From Rhodobacteraceae bacterium PARR1 (GTDB lineage: Bacteria; Pseudomonadota; Alphaproteobacteria; Rhodobacterales; Rhodobacteraceae), in NCBI GenBank assembly GCA_002256185.1, contig NKIT01000001.1, positions 16,207 through 80,206 on the forward strand: 64,000 bases of DNA. The letters run 5' to 3'. Under the pieces are notes generated by a model that saw only the letters and a program-made list of their open reading frames with translations, did not search any database and had not been told where the DNA came from. The translations under genes were made by a program, and so were the position numbers. Below, one piece after another: positions 19,388 through 29,259 of this stretch; position 1 is the stretch's first letter, and each line of letters starts with the position of its first letter.

Positions 19388-20211
19388 TGCAAAATTTTGA
19401 GATGACCGTTGCGATGTCCGTTTACGATGGCGTCGAATTGCATCACCTTCAGGCTGCGCTGGGATCAGTGCTAAGCCAATCGGGAGTGGATTTCGAAGTC
19501 TGTTTGGTCATGGACGGAATCAAGCGTGAGGATTTGCGCAGTTATTTGATCGCACAGGCGGATGCGGACTCACGAATCAACCTTATTGATTTTGAGCGGA
19601 ACCGCAAACTACCCGCAGCGTTGAACGCAATTGTGCGCGCGATGAAATCGGATTTTCTGGTACGCATGGACTCCGATGATTTATGCGTGCCGGGACGGTT
19701 CAAAGTACTTGTTGATTTCATGCGCAGCAATCCCGACGTTGACGCGGCAGGTTCAGGCTCATTCGAGTTCTCTGACGGACCTTTTGACCAAGGCCTGCAG
19801 CGTCGCTACCCTCAGACGCATGAAGAGATCGTCAGACAGTTCAACTACAACAATCCCTTTTGCCACCCCTCCATGATCTTTCGGAAGCGTTTCTTTGAAC
19901 TTGGTCTCTATCCGCTTTGGACACTGAATGAGGACACCCTCTTATTCCTGAACGGTCTGGCGGGCGGTGCGCGCTATGCAAATATTCCGCAACCACTCTA
20001 TGCGCACAGATATGATGCGGATGTCGGAAAGCGCCGACAAAACTGGAAAAGATCGTTCACGATTTTTCTGGATCGGTTGCGGGTTATAGATAAGTGCGAT
20101 GGCGGCATGAAGGCTCGTTTATATGCATTCATGCTGTTGTTGGGGCAAACCTTGGGCGGGCCTGTCTATCCTTTGGTGCGCCGCTTGATGCTTAAACGAC
20201 GGGCGTTATGA
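19387..20211 (+). CDS. Glycosyltransferase family 2
   Basis: VAMSVY, VMDG, LPAALN, RMDSDD (DxD), FCHPSMIFRK, NED; TAATG coupling to the upstream gene. Confidence 0.88.
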   Translation: MQNFEMTVAMSVYDGVELHHLQAALGSVLSQSGVDFEVCLVMDGIKREDLRSYLIAQADADSRINLIDFERNRKLPAALNAIVRAMKSDFLVRMDSDDLCVPGRFKVLVDFMRSNPDVDAAGSGSFEFSDGPFDQGLQRRYPQTHEEIVRQFNYNNPFCHPSMIFRKRFFELGLYPLWTLNEDTLLFLNGLAGGARYANIPQPLYAHRYDADVGKRRQNWKRSFTIFLDRLRVIDKCDGGMKARLYAFMLLLGQTLGGPVYPLVRRLMLKRRAL

Positions 20212-20260
20212 CGAACATCCGGATTTCACAGCTTGATATCGGCGTCGGTATTGGTCGAAC

Positions 20261-21274
20261 TTACCGCCCGTAATACTCCCGATACCACACCACAAACTCG
20301 GCCAACCCATCCCGGATGTCGGTATTTGGGCGATAGCCGGTCAGGCGTTGCAGCAGGCTGGCGTCAGCCCAGGTCGCAGGTACGTCCCCCATCTGCATCG
20401 GCATGAAATTACGGATGGCCTTCTGCCCGCCCGCATCTTCAATCGCCTCGACAAAGTCCAAGAGCTTCACCTTCTGCGAATTGCCGATGTTGACCACACG
20501 GTAGGGCGCAACCGCTGACAGGCTATCCCCCTCTTCGACCACACCATCCACAGGGCGCACCGGCACAGCGTCAATCAACAACCGGATGCCGCGCACCAGA
20601 TCGCCGACATGGGTGAAATCGCGGTACATCTCACCATGATTATAGATGTCGATGGGCTGGCCCTTCAGGATCAGATCGACAAACTTGAAATAGGCCAGAT
20701 CGGGCCGCCCCCATGTGCCGTAGACGGTGAAAAAGCGGAACATCGTGGTCGGCAGGTTCCACAGATGGGCATAGGCATGGCCCATGCTTTCCGTCGCCTT
20801 CTTGGTCGCGGCATAGATTGTCAGTTGCGTGTCGGCCTTATGCGTCTCGGCATAGGGCATTTCCGTGTTCGCGCCGTAGATCGAACTGGTCGAAGCCATC
20901 AGCAAATGCCCGACCTTCAACCGCCGCGCAGCCTCCATCACGTTGAAAGTACCGACGACGTTGCTGTCGAGGTAAGCGCGCGGGTTTTCAAGGCTGTAGC
21001 GCACCCCGGCTTGGGCGGCGAGGTGGATGATGACCTCCGGCGCAAAGTCATCCGCCACCTGATCGAACAGGGCGCGGTCTTCCAGCATGCCTTCGGTGGC
21101 GGAAAATCCGGGGGTTTGCAGCAGCATCGCATGACGGCGCTGTTTCAGGGTGACGTCGTAATAATCTGTCATGCCGTCATAGCCATGCACGCGGAAGCCT
21201 TCGGCCAAAAGCAATCGCGCCAGATGAAAGCCGATGAACCCGGCCGTGCCGGTGATCAGAAACTTGCGGGTCAT
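20261..21274 (-). CDS. NAD-dependent epimerase, UDP-glucuronate 4-epimerase-like
   Basis: TGTAGFIG, HLAAQAGVRYSLENP, YAATKK, RFFTVYG.WGRPD, RDFT, GDVPATWAD. Confidence 0.9.
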   Translation of the reverse strand: MTRKFLITGTAGFIGFHLARLLLAEGFRVHGYDGMTDYYDVTLKQRRHAMLLQTPGFSATEGMLEDRALFDQVADDFAPEVIIHLAAQAGVRYSLENPRAYLDSNVVGTFNVMEAARRLKVGHLLMASTSSIYGANTEMPYAETHKADTQLTIYAATKKATESMGHAYAHLWNLPTTMFRFFTVYGTWGRPDLAYFKFVDLILKGQPIDIYNHGEMYRDFTHVGDLVRGIRLLIDAVPVRPVDGVVEEGDSLSAVAPYRVVNIGNSQKVKLLDFVEAIEDAGGQKAIRNFMPMQMGDVPATWADASLLQRLTGYRPNTDIRDGLAEFVVWYREYYGR

Positions 21275-22641
21275 GCTACCAACGGCCCTTTCACAATACC
21301 CAAAGCCTGCGCCAGCAACGCCTGCGCCTCGGCGGGCGAATTGGCCTCAACATACACCCGAAACTCCGGCGCATTGCCGGATGGCCGCAGGTGCAATACG
21401 CGGCCTGAGGCGCAGGTGACGCGCAGGCCGTCAGTCAGGTCTTGGGTGGCTGCGGTTTCAGCCAACTCCGCCAGCAGGGCGGACAGGGCGGCGGGGTCTG
21501 CCATCAACTGCGTCAAGAGCGCGGCAGAGCGCTCGGTCGGGACATCCTCGATCCGATCCGTGGCGGTAAAGCGTGGCGGCTCGTGCGACACCACTGCGGC
21601 AAGCCCAATCCCCCGCGCGGCGACCAAGGGGGCGATGATCGGCAACAGGCTGTCGCGTGTGGCCAAAGGTGCCAAAGGTCCGGCCAGCGTCGCGGGGAAA
21701 CCGAGCAGGAAGCCGCCATTCGCCTCATACCCCACCACGCGGCCGCCAACCGCCATTCCGGCGATGACGAAGGGAGAACCGATGCGCGTGCGGATCACGC
21801 GGGGGAAATGGCCAGACGCCTCAACCCCGGTGTTAGAGCTGACCGGCGTCACCACCGTATCTGCCCCCACCACTCGTGCGGTGATCTGGCCAAGGATGTC
21901 GCCCGGCACCACAGCGCCCGTCGCATCCGCCACCAAGGGACGGTCGCCATCGCCATCGGTCGAGACCAGCGCATCCAATCCCTGCGCGGCCACCCAACCG
22001 GCGATCTGGGTCCGTGCCCAATCTGGCACAGCCTCGGTATCCACGGGGATGAAGGCATCAGACCGCCCGACCTCAACCACCGCTGCCCCCAGACCGCGCA
22101 GGGCATCGGCCAGCAAATCCCGGCTGACGGCGGAATGTGACCAGACCCCGATCCGCATCCCGGCCAGCGCCTGCGGGCCAAAGGCTGTGACATAGCGCGC
22201 CACCCAATCCGCCCCGGCCGTCTTGTTCCGCACCAAGGCACCCTGCCCCGTCCCGGCCTGACGCCCGAGTGCCGCCAGAATGGCCGCCTCATCCGTCTTG
22301 GTGATCTCTCCACCCGGCAAATAGAACTTCAACCCGTTGCGATCGGCGGGGATGTGGCTCCCGGTCACCATCACCGCCGCCGCCCCCGCCCCCATCGCGG
22401 CCAAGGCCAGCGCCGGTGTCGGCACCGCCCCGCAGTCGGTGACATCCACCCCTTCGCCCCGCGCCGCCGCGATCACCACATCGGCCAGCATGGGCGAGGA
22501 CTCGCGCAGGTCGCGCCCGACGAACAGCCCCGTTCCCATCGGACAGGCCGCGATGAAGGCGCGGACATGATCGGCCACCAGCGCTGGCGTCAATTCCACC
22601 ACAAGCCCCCGCAAACCACTCGTCCCGAACTTCGGTGCCAT
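21271..22641 (-). CDS. manB: Phosphomannomutase
   Basis: KFGTSGLRG, TGSHIP (phosphoserine loop), DGDGDRP, GYEANGG, RPSGNAPE; ATG at 22641. Confidence 0.9.
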   Translation of the reverse strand: MAPKFGTSGLRGLVVELTPALVADHVRAFIAACPMGTGLFVGRDLRESSPMLADVVIAAARGEGVDVTDCGAVPTPALALAAMGAGAAAVMVTGSHIPADRNGLKFYLPGGEITKTDEAAILAALGRQAGTGQGALVRNKTAGADWVARYVTAFGPQALAGMRIGVWSHSAVSRDLLADALRGLGAAVVEVGRSDAFIPVDTEAVPDWARTQIAGWVAAQGLDALVSTDGDGDRPLVADATGAVVPGDILGQITARVVGADTVVTPVSSNTGVEASGHFPRVIRTRIGSPFVIAGMAVGGRVVGYEANGGFLLGFPATLAGPLAPLATRDSLLPIIAPLVAARGIGLAAVVSHEPPRFTATDRIEDVPTERSAALLTQLMADPAALSALLAELAETAATQDLTDGLRVTCASGRVLHLRPSGNAPEFRVYVEANSPAEAQALLAQALGIVKGPLVA

Positions 22642-22735
22642 CGTCCCCCCTGCAGAAACGGCCCTATCCCCTTGGACCTGCGGCCTGAATGCGTATAGCC
22701 TGCAGTTTGCGTGTCGGGCAATCAATCAGGGTATC

Positions 22736-24154
22736 ATGATTCATCCGGTTATTTTGTGTGGCGGGTCGGGCACCCGTCTGTGGCCGCTGTCCCGGCAAAG
22801 CTATCCCAAGCAATTCGCCAAGCTGACGGGGGAGCGCAGCCTGTTCCAATCCTCGGCCTTGCGCTGCACGGCTGACGGGTTTGCCGCGCCGCTGATCATC
22901 ACCGGTGATCCGTTCCGCTTCATCGTCATCGAACAACTGGCGGCGGTGGAAATCGCGCCACAAGGCGTGCTGATCGAACCCGCCGCCCGCAACACGGCCC
23001 CCGCAATCCTTGCCGCCGCATTGCATCTGGCGGCAAAAGACCCGGCGGCGGTGATGCTGGTCCTGCCATCGGACCATGTGATCCCCGATGCGGCGGCCTT
23101 CCGGCAGGCGGTGCAAACCGCCCTGCCACGGGCAGAGGCCGGGGATATCGTGACCTTTGGCATCCAACCGGATCGGCCAGAGACGGGCTATGGCTATCTG
23201 CGCCTGACCGAACCGCCTGCGGGAAAGACCGGCCCGCATCCGCTTGCCGCCTTTGTGGAAAAACCCGATGCCGCCCGCGCCGCCGCGATGCTGGCTGATG
23301 GGCTGCACCTGTGGAACGCCGGGATATTCCTGTTCTCGGCCCGCGCCATCCTTGACGCCTTTGCCACCCATGCGCCCGATCTGATGCCAAAGGCCAAGGC
23401 GGCGGTGGCCGGGGCCAAGACCGATCTCGGCTTTACCCGTCTGGATGCTGCCCCTTGGGCAGAGCTTCCGGATATCTCGGTTGATTATGCAATCATGGAA
23501 AAGGCGGCGAACCTTGCCGTCATGCCCTATGCCGGGCGCTGGTCGGACCTTGGCGGGTGGGAGGCTGTCTGGCAGGAATCCGGCCCGGACGCCTCTGGCA
23601 ATGTGCTGTCGGAAAACGCCACCGCCATTGAATGCAAGGACACCCTCCTCCGCTCTGAATCCGATGGGGTGGAACTGGTGGGCATCGGGCTGGAAAACCT
23701 TGTCGTCGTCGCCATGCCGGATGCCGTGCTTGTGGCGCGCAAGGATCAGTCTCAGCGCGTGAAAGAGGCGGTTGCCGCGTTGAAATCCAAGGGCGCGAAG
23801 CAGGCCACCGCCTTTGCCCGCGATTTCCGGCCTTGGGGCTGGTATGAAAGCCTTGCCCTTGGGCCACGCTTTCAGGTCAAACGCATCGTCGTCCATCCCG
23901 GCGCGTCGCTGTCGCTGCAATCGCATCACCATCGGTCCGAACATTGGGTCGTGGTCGAAGGCACCGCCAAGGTCACGGTCAATGATGAGGTGCGGCTGAT
24001 CTCTGAAAACCAGTCGGTCTATATCCCCTTGGGCGCCGTGCACCGGATGGAAAACCCCGGCAAACTGCCCATGGTGCTGATCGAGGTGCAGACCGGCAGC
24101 TATCTGGGAGAGGATGACATCATCCGCTACGAAGACATCTACGCCCGGACCTGA
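22736..24154 (+). CDS. manC: Mannose-1-phosphate guanylyltransferase / mannose-6-phosphate isomerase
   Basis: LCGGSGTRLWPLSR..YPKQF, EPAARNTAPA, FVEKP, SVDYAIMEK, RPWG, LQSHHHRSEHW. Confidence 0.96.
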   Translation: MIHPVILCGGSGTRLWPLSRQSYPKQFAKLTGERSLFQSSALRCTADGFAAPLIITGDPFRFIVIEQLAAVEIAPQGVLIEPAARNTAPAILAAALHLAAKDPAAVMLVLPSDHVIPDAAAFRQAVQTALPRAEAGDIVTFGIQPDRPETGYGYLRLTEPPAGKTGPHPLAAFVEKPDAARAAAMLADGLHLWNAGIFLFSARAILDAFATHAPDLMPKAKAAVAGAKTDLGFTRLDAAPWAELPDISVDYAIMEKAANLAVMPYAGRWSDLGGWEAVWQESGPDASGNVLSENATAIECKDTLLRSESDGVELVGIGLENLVVVAMPDAVLVARKDQSQRVKEAVAALKSKGAKQATAFARDFRPWGWYESLALGPRFQVKRIVVHPGASLSLQSHHHRSEHWVVVEGTAKVTVNDEVRLISENQSVYIPLGAVHRMENPGKLPMVLIEVQTGSYLGEDDIIRYEDIYART

Positions 24155-24951
24155 TGGACACAGCGTTCTTCATCGCCTCCAAGGTTATCTGGGCCGCCTT
24201 GCGCCCCGACAGCCTGCTGATGCTGGTCTTGGCCGCCAGTTGGCTGGTCTGGCGCAAGTGGCCTAAACTGGCGCGCAACCTGTTGGGCGTGACACTTCTG
24301 GCCATGGCAACAATCGCGGCTTGGCCGGTGCAGTCCCTGCTTTTCACCCCGCTGGAGGATCGCTTTCCCCAGCCCGCCATCCCGGACCAAGTGGCGGGGA
24401 TCATCATCCTTGGTGGGGCTGAACTGGCGGATCTGACCGCCGCGCGCGATCAGGTGCAACTGAACGCGGGGGCAGAACGGATGACGGCGGCGATGACCCT
24501 TGCCCTGCGCCACCCCACCGCTAAGGTGATCTTTACGGGCGGCAGCGGCAATCTGCGCGGTGGCGCGGCAGGGGCAGAGGTGGCAAAGCGCCTGTTTGCC
24601 GAATTGGGCCTGCCGCCAGACCGTCTGGTCCTTGAGTCCGCCTCGCGCAACACGGCTGAGAATGCCACGATGACACTGGCCCTTGTGCAGCCCCAACCGG
24701 GCGGAAACTGGCTGCTGGTCACATCGGCTTATCACATGCCCCGTGCGGTCGCCGCGTTCTGTGCCGCGGGATGGACGGGCCTCATCCCCTATCCGGTGGA
24801 TTACCGCAGCCCCGGCGATCGCGCGGGTTGGCGCTTTTCCGAAAACGCCGAAGCCCTTGCCACCGCCTTGCGCGAATGGATCGGCCTTGCCGCCTATCGC
24901 CTGACCGGACGCGCGACCGACCCATCGCCAGCTTGCCTCAGCCCGGAATAA
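24154..24951 (+). CDS. YdcF/DUF218 (ElyC-like) membrane protein
   Basis: IILGG, FTGGSG, LESASRNTAENA, LVTSAYHMPRA, REWIG. Confidence 0.88.
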   Translation: MDTAFFIASKVIWAALRPDSLLMLVLAASWLVWRKWPKLARNLLGVTLLAMATIAAWPVQSLLFTPLEDRFPQPAIPDQVAGIIILGGAELADLTAARDQVQLNAGAERMTAAMTLALRHPTAKVIFTGGSGNLRGGAAGAEVAKRLFAELGLPPDRLVLESASRNTAENATMTLALVQPQPGGNWLLVTSAYHMPRAVAAFCAAGWTGLIPYPVDYRSPGDRAGWRFSENAEALATALREWIGLAAYRLTGRATDPSPACLSPE

Positions 24952-24972
24952 GGGAAAGGGGGCCTTGCCCCC

Positions 24973-25066
24973 CTTCCCCGTTGCTCAAATATCCCAAGGG
25001 GGTCGGCCAGCGGATTAGCCAACGGTCCGAGAACCGATGGACGACGGGGTGTGAAACCCCCGCTCC
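24973..25066 (+). repeat. GC-rich intergenic REP-like element, copy A
   Basis: CTTCCCCGTTGCTCAAATATCC (24973-24994) matches 63947-63968 at 21/22; ends with a GGGGTGTGAAACCCC hairpin; lies between convergent genes. Confidence 0.7.
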
Positions 25067-25090
25067 TGCCGGATCAACCTGCGCGCAGGA

Positions 25091-25906
25091 TCAATCTTCG
25101 TCCCGCGACATCCCCGCCAGCATGATCCGCTCTTTCCGGCGCCGCGACAGTTCGTACCAGACCGCCGCCATCAATGTTATCGTTATCATGATCAACGCCA
25201 GCGCGTTGATCGTCGGCGTGATGCCAGAGCGCACCCTGGAAAACACATAGACGGTCAGCGTATCCGCACCGCCGCGCGTAAACTGCGTGACGTTGAAGTT
25301 TTCGATGGACTGGAAGAAAGCGACCGCCCCACCCGCCCCGATGGCGGGGTAAAGGTGCGGCAGCAAGATACGCCGCATCACCTGACCGTGGCTTGCACCC
25401 AGATCCAGCGCCGCCTCTTCCAGCGCGCCGTCAAAGGTTTGCAACCGCGCCAAGACGAGCAACATCACCATCGCGGCGATGTAACTGACCTGCCCCAGCA
25501 CCGACAGATGCAGCCCCGGCGGCACACCGATCTTGTTCCACATCAGCAGGGTGGAAATCCCGATCACCGCGCCAGGGATCAGGATGGTCGAGATCATCAG
25601 ACCATAAATCACCGTCCGAATCCGGCCAGAAATCGAGTTTATCAGGATCGCCGATGCCGTGCCGATGATGATGGAAATCACCGCCACTGCCAGCGCCACG
25701 ACCATTGTGTTGAACAGCGCGGTCCACATCCGCTCGTCTTGGAACAGATCATGGAACCAACGCAGGGTCCAACCGCGCCACGGCACGATCGACGGCAGTT
25801 TGGAATCGTTGAACGCCGCCCCCGCCATGATCACCAAGGGGATGATCAGATAGATCAGGAACGCGCCCATATAGAGGTGCGACAGCGTTGTTCTTAACTT
25901 ATGCAT
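25091..25906 (-). CDS. ABC transporter permease, PotC-like
   Basis: LEEAALDLGAS EAA motif, TPTINAL, 6 TM. Confidence 0.9.
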   Translation of the reverse strand: MHKLRTTLSHLYMGAFLIYLIIPLVIMAGAAFNDSKLPSIVPWRGWTLRWFHDLFQDERMWTALFNTMVVALAVAVISIIIGTASAILINSISGRIRTVIYGLMISTILIPGAVIGISTLLMWNKIGVPPGLHLSVLGQVSYIAAMVMLLVLARLQTFDGALEEAALDLGASHGQVMRRILLPHLYPAIGAGGAVAFFQSIENFNVTQFTRGGADTLTVYVFSRVRSGITPTINALALIMITITLMAAVWYELSRRRKERIMLAGMSRDED

Positions 25907-25919
25907 GGTCCCGCCCCCC

Positions 25920-26843
25920 TTATTTCGCGATGTCTGACAGCTTCACGCGGAATATCCACATGACCAAGCTGACAAAAGCGGTGCACAGGAACAGCAGCAA
26001 GAAGGCATAGGCCGAGGCCGTGTTCCAATCCAGCGCGTCATTCATCCATTGCTGGATGGTCTGGGTAAACCATTGCGAGGTGGTGGACCCAAGGATCGAC
26101 GGCACCAGAAGCGACCCCGCCGACAGCATGAACACCATCACGGCCCCCGATGCGATGCCGGGCTTGGAATGCGGCAGCACGATCCGCCAATGGATGCGCC
26201 AGCGCGAGGCCCCCAGATCCTCGGCCGCCTCGATCTGGTTGGTGTCCAGCGATGATATGGCGTTGTAGATCGGGAACAGCATGAACAAAATGTAGGTGTA
26301 GACCAGACCGATCAGCACCGCGTCGTAATCGGTAATCCAGCGCACCGGCTTGTCAATTAAAGACAGCGATAGAAGCAGCGAGTTCAGCGGACCTTTCAGC
26401 GCAAGGATGATCCACCACGCAAAGGCGCGCAGCACCTCGGACACCCAAAGCGGCACGAACAGCAGCAGCAAGAGCGTCGGCACCGATTTGGGATTGGCGA
26501 TCTTGGCCAGATAAAAGGCGATGGGATAGGCCAGCACGAAACAGGCCAAGGTCACCGTCACCGAATACCAGATTGTCAGAAAGAAGGTCCGAATGTGCAC
26601 AGGGACCATGAAGGTCATGCCAAGGATCGTCGTCTCGACCGACCCGTCAAATACCTTCATGTAGTTGTTGACGGAATAGACATCCCTCGGTCCGCCCATC
26701 TCGACCACCGGCAGGTAGGGGCGGAAGCTGGATTCAAACAGCGTGATGTTCGGGATGATGACCAGCATCAGCAGCCAGAATGCCACCAAGAGCACCATCA
26801 ACCCGGTCAGTCCCGCGCCGTAACGTCGGATCAGGTCTTGCAT
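25920..26843 (-). CDS. ABC transporter permease, PotB-like
   Basis: AYPIAFYLA, PLWVSEVLR, IEAAEDLGAS; ATG 26843 with GAGGAGG RBS. Confidence 0.9.
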   Translation of the reverse strand: MQDLIRRYGAGLTGLMVLLVAFWLLMLVIIPNITLFESSFRPYLPVVEMGGPRDVYSVNNYMKVFDGSVETTILGMTFMVPVHIRTFFLTIWYSVTVTLACFVLAYPIAFYLAKIANPKSVPTLLLLLFVPLWVSEVLRAFAWWIILALKGPLNSLLLSLSLIDKPVRWITDYDAVLIGLVYTYILFMLFPIYNAISSLDTNQIEAAEDLGASRWRIHWRIVLPHSKPGIASGAVMVFMLSAGSLLVPSILGSTTSQWFTQTIQQWMNDALDWNTASAYAFLLLFLCTAFVSLVMWIFRVKLSDIAK

Positions 26844-26856
26844 CGCGGCCCCCTCC

Positions 26857-27939
26857 TCAGCGGTCGGTTTCGGCGTCGGGCAGGATGGCACCGAGGGCGG
26901 GATCAAAGGACATGAACGCCGCCGACCCGATAGCAGGCACCGTCGCTGCGCCATCATTGCGGATTTCAGCGACCAAGGTCTTTCCACCCGCCGCCACGCC
27001 ATGGACCGAGATGAAGCTGCCCTCAAACGACACTTCGGAAATCGTCACCGGCACCGCGTTTTCCACCGCCGCTGTCAGGCTGATCGCGGTGTGTTCGGGC
27101 CGCACGAACAGTTTCACGCCCTTGCCCGTCGCCAATTCGCCCAACCGCGCGCGGAATGTGCCAAGCGGGGTTTCATAGCTTGCCATGCCACCGGCAGGAT
27201 TGACCACCGTGCCGTCGAAGATGTTGTTTTCGCCGACGAAGGACGCAACAAAGCCGTTGACCGGATTGTTGTAAATCTCACGCGGGTCGGCCACTTGCTG
27301 GATGCGGCCTTGGCTCATGACGCCGACGCGGTCGGACATCGCCAATGCCTCACCCTGATCATGGGTGATGTAGATGAAGGTCACGCCCGTGCGTTTCTGA
27401 ATGGCGCGCAGTTCCGCGCGCATATGCTGGCGCAGTTTCAAATCCAGCGCCGACAGCGGCTCGTCCAGCAACATGACCGCCGGTTCCACCGCCAAAGCCC
27501 GCGCAATCGCCACGCGCTGCTTTTGCCCGCCCGAAAGCTGGCTGGGATATTTGTCGGCCGCGCCGGGAAGGTCCACCAGACGCAGCAATTCATCAGCCCG
27601 CGCGCGACGCTTGGCTTTGTCGATGCCCCGCACCTCAAGCCCGAATGCGATGTTCTCGGCCACTGTCATCAGCGGGAACAGCGCAAGGTTTTGAAAGATC
27701 AGTGCGGTGGGGCGCTGGTTCGGACGCTGTCCGCGCACATCAACGCCGCCGATGCGCACAACCCCTTGGGTTGGTTCGGTAAAGCCGGAAATCATCCGCA
27801 GGATGGTCGTCTTGCCGCAGCCGGAGGGGCCGAGGAAGGAAAAGAACTCTCCGGGTTTGATAGAGACATTCACATGATCGACGGCACGAAAGCTGCCAAA
27901 GTCACAGACTACGTTTTCAAGATCGATTCCGGCGCTCAT
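26857..27939 (-). CDS. ABC transporter ATP-binding protein, PotA-like
   Basis: GPSGCGKT, LSGGQKQR, LLDEPLSALD, ITHDQ. Confidence 0.93.
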   Translation of the reverse strand: MSAGIDLENVVCDFGSFRAVDHVNVSIKPGEFFSFLGPSGCGKTTILRMISGFTEPTQGVVRIGGVDVRGQRPNQRPTALIFQNLALFPLMTVAENIAFGLEVRGIDKAKRRARADELLRLVDLPGAADKYPSQLSGGQKQRVAIARALAVEPAVMLLDEPLSALDLKLRQHMRAELRAIQKRTGVTFIYITHDQGEALAMSDRVGVMSQGRIQQVADPREIYNNPVNGFVASFVGENNIFDGTVVNPAGGMASYETPLGTFRARLGELATGKGVKLFVRPEHTAISLTAAVENAVPVTISEVSFEGSFISVHGVAAGGKTLVAEIRNDGAATVPAIGSAAFMSFDPALGAILPDAETDR

Positions 27940-28087
27940 CGGCCCTGTTCCCCTGAGGTCTTTTGTTTTTTGTTATCGTCGGCCAAAGCCGCATGCAGGT
28001 CTAGCAGGCCCGCATGTCGCCGCAATGAATAGCGCCAGTTCCCTGCCGGCGGTTGGTCCAGAAACGACGCGATGCCCACAAAATGGA

Positions 28088-28114
28088 CTCGCCGGGTCCG
28101 ATGGACCCGGCGAG
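28088..28114 (-). terminator. Stem-loop after the substrate-binding protein gene (attenuator or mRNA stabiliser)
   Basis: Perfect 12-bp stem CTCGCCGGGTCC-GAT-GGACCCGGCGAG. Confidence 0.6.
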
Positions 28115-28131
28115 CGCAAAGATCGGAAAGT

Positions 28132-29259
28132 TCAGGCTGCCTTGAACTTGTCAGCATATTCCGCGCGCTTGGCGAGGAATTCTGCCGATTGATCCGGCCA
28201 CCACCACAGGTTGGCCAAAGCCGCATCGTTGAAGGTGGCATTGTAGAAGGCCGACACTTCCGGATCCATCAGCTCGGGTCCGCCCTTGCCAACAGGGTTC
28301 GCGCCGAATGCGGTTGCCCACAGCGACGACCCTTCAGCCGAGGAGACCCACTTGGCAAACTCATGCGCCTGTTCAACGTTGGCGGCGTTCTTCATCAGGA
28401 TCAGACCCTGGTTCCAAGCAAAGGCGCCTTCAGCCGGGGCGACATAGCCGTAGTTGCCCTGCTTGCCCATGTTCAGACCGGTCGAATCCCAGCACAGACC
28501 AACCGTCGCGCCGTTGGCCAAGAAGCCAGCCTGCGCTTCGTTTTCGCCCGACCACCACTGAACGATATTGCCCTTGGACTTGATGGCCTCGGCCAGCGCG
28601 ATGTCCCACAGTTCGGTCATCGCAGCCATGTCGGTGTAGCCATCCATCCACGGACGCGGCAGTTTGCCGGTCGCATCCAGCCAGCGGCCCATTGCGGCCA
28701 GCGCCGAGTGCGGACGCAGCACGACCTGGTTGGCCGGGTCGAACAGCGCGCCCAGCGAGGCAGGCTCGCCCAGCGTGGCATTGTCCTTGTCCACGACCAG
28801 CGCTTCGGTGCCCCAGACGGACAGAACGATCAGACGCTGACCGTCGATGGTCGAACGCTCACCGATAGAGCCGTCGGCCATGCCGGGCAGGTAGTTGTCC
28901 AGCGCCAGCTTGGCGGTGTCCCAGCCCTGAACCAGACCGTTGGAACTCCAAGCGGCAACGCGGTCCACGGTCGGCTCATAGATGTCCATGCCGCCGGTCG
29001 AGATCATCGCCTTGGCTTCGGCGAACATGTCGTCCTGGCTCGGCATTTCTTTGAAGTTCACCTTGATGCCGGTGGCAGCTTCAAAAGCCGGAACGACCTT
29101 TTCGGTCATGCCCGGATAACCGGCCCAGCCAGTGAAATTCAGCTCGCCCGAAGAGGCCAGCGCCTTTTTCGAGATGATCGCCGGAGCAGCCAGCGCGCCA
29201 AGCATCAGGGCCGAGCCCTTGAGCACTGTGCGGCGGTTCAGCAGAAGTTCTTTTTTCAC
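28132..29259 (-). CDS. ABC substrate-binding protein, PotD/PotF-like, Tat-exported
   Basis: NRRTVLK twin-arginine signal, WAGY, FEAATGIKV, WGTE, APAEGA; GTG start at 29259 with GGAGA RBS. Confidence 0.88.
   Translation of the reverse strand: MKKELLLNRRTVLKGSALMLGALAAPAIISKKALASSGELNFTGWAGYPGMTEKVVPAFEAATGIKVNFKEMPSQDDMFAEAKAMISTGGMDIYEPTVDRVAAWSSNGLVQGWDTAKLALDNYLPGMADGSIGERSTIDGQRLIVLSVWGTEALVVDKDNATLGEPASLGALFDPANQVVLRPHSALAAMGRWLDATGKLPRPWMDGYTDMAAMTELWDIALAEAIKSKGNIVQWWSGENEAQAGFLANGATVGLCWDSTGLNMGKQGNYGYVAPAEGAFAWNQGLILMKNAANVEQAHEFAKWVSSAEGSSLWATAFGANPVGKGGPELMDPEVSAFYNATFNDAALANLWWWPDQSAEFLAKRAEYADKFKAA

Noticed and set aside
20609..24043. Long ORFs 20609-22195 (+) and 22664-24043 (-)
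   Set aside because: Antisense to the epimerase/manB and manC genes, which carry clear family motifs
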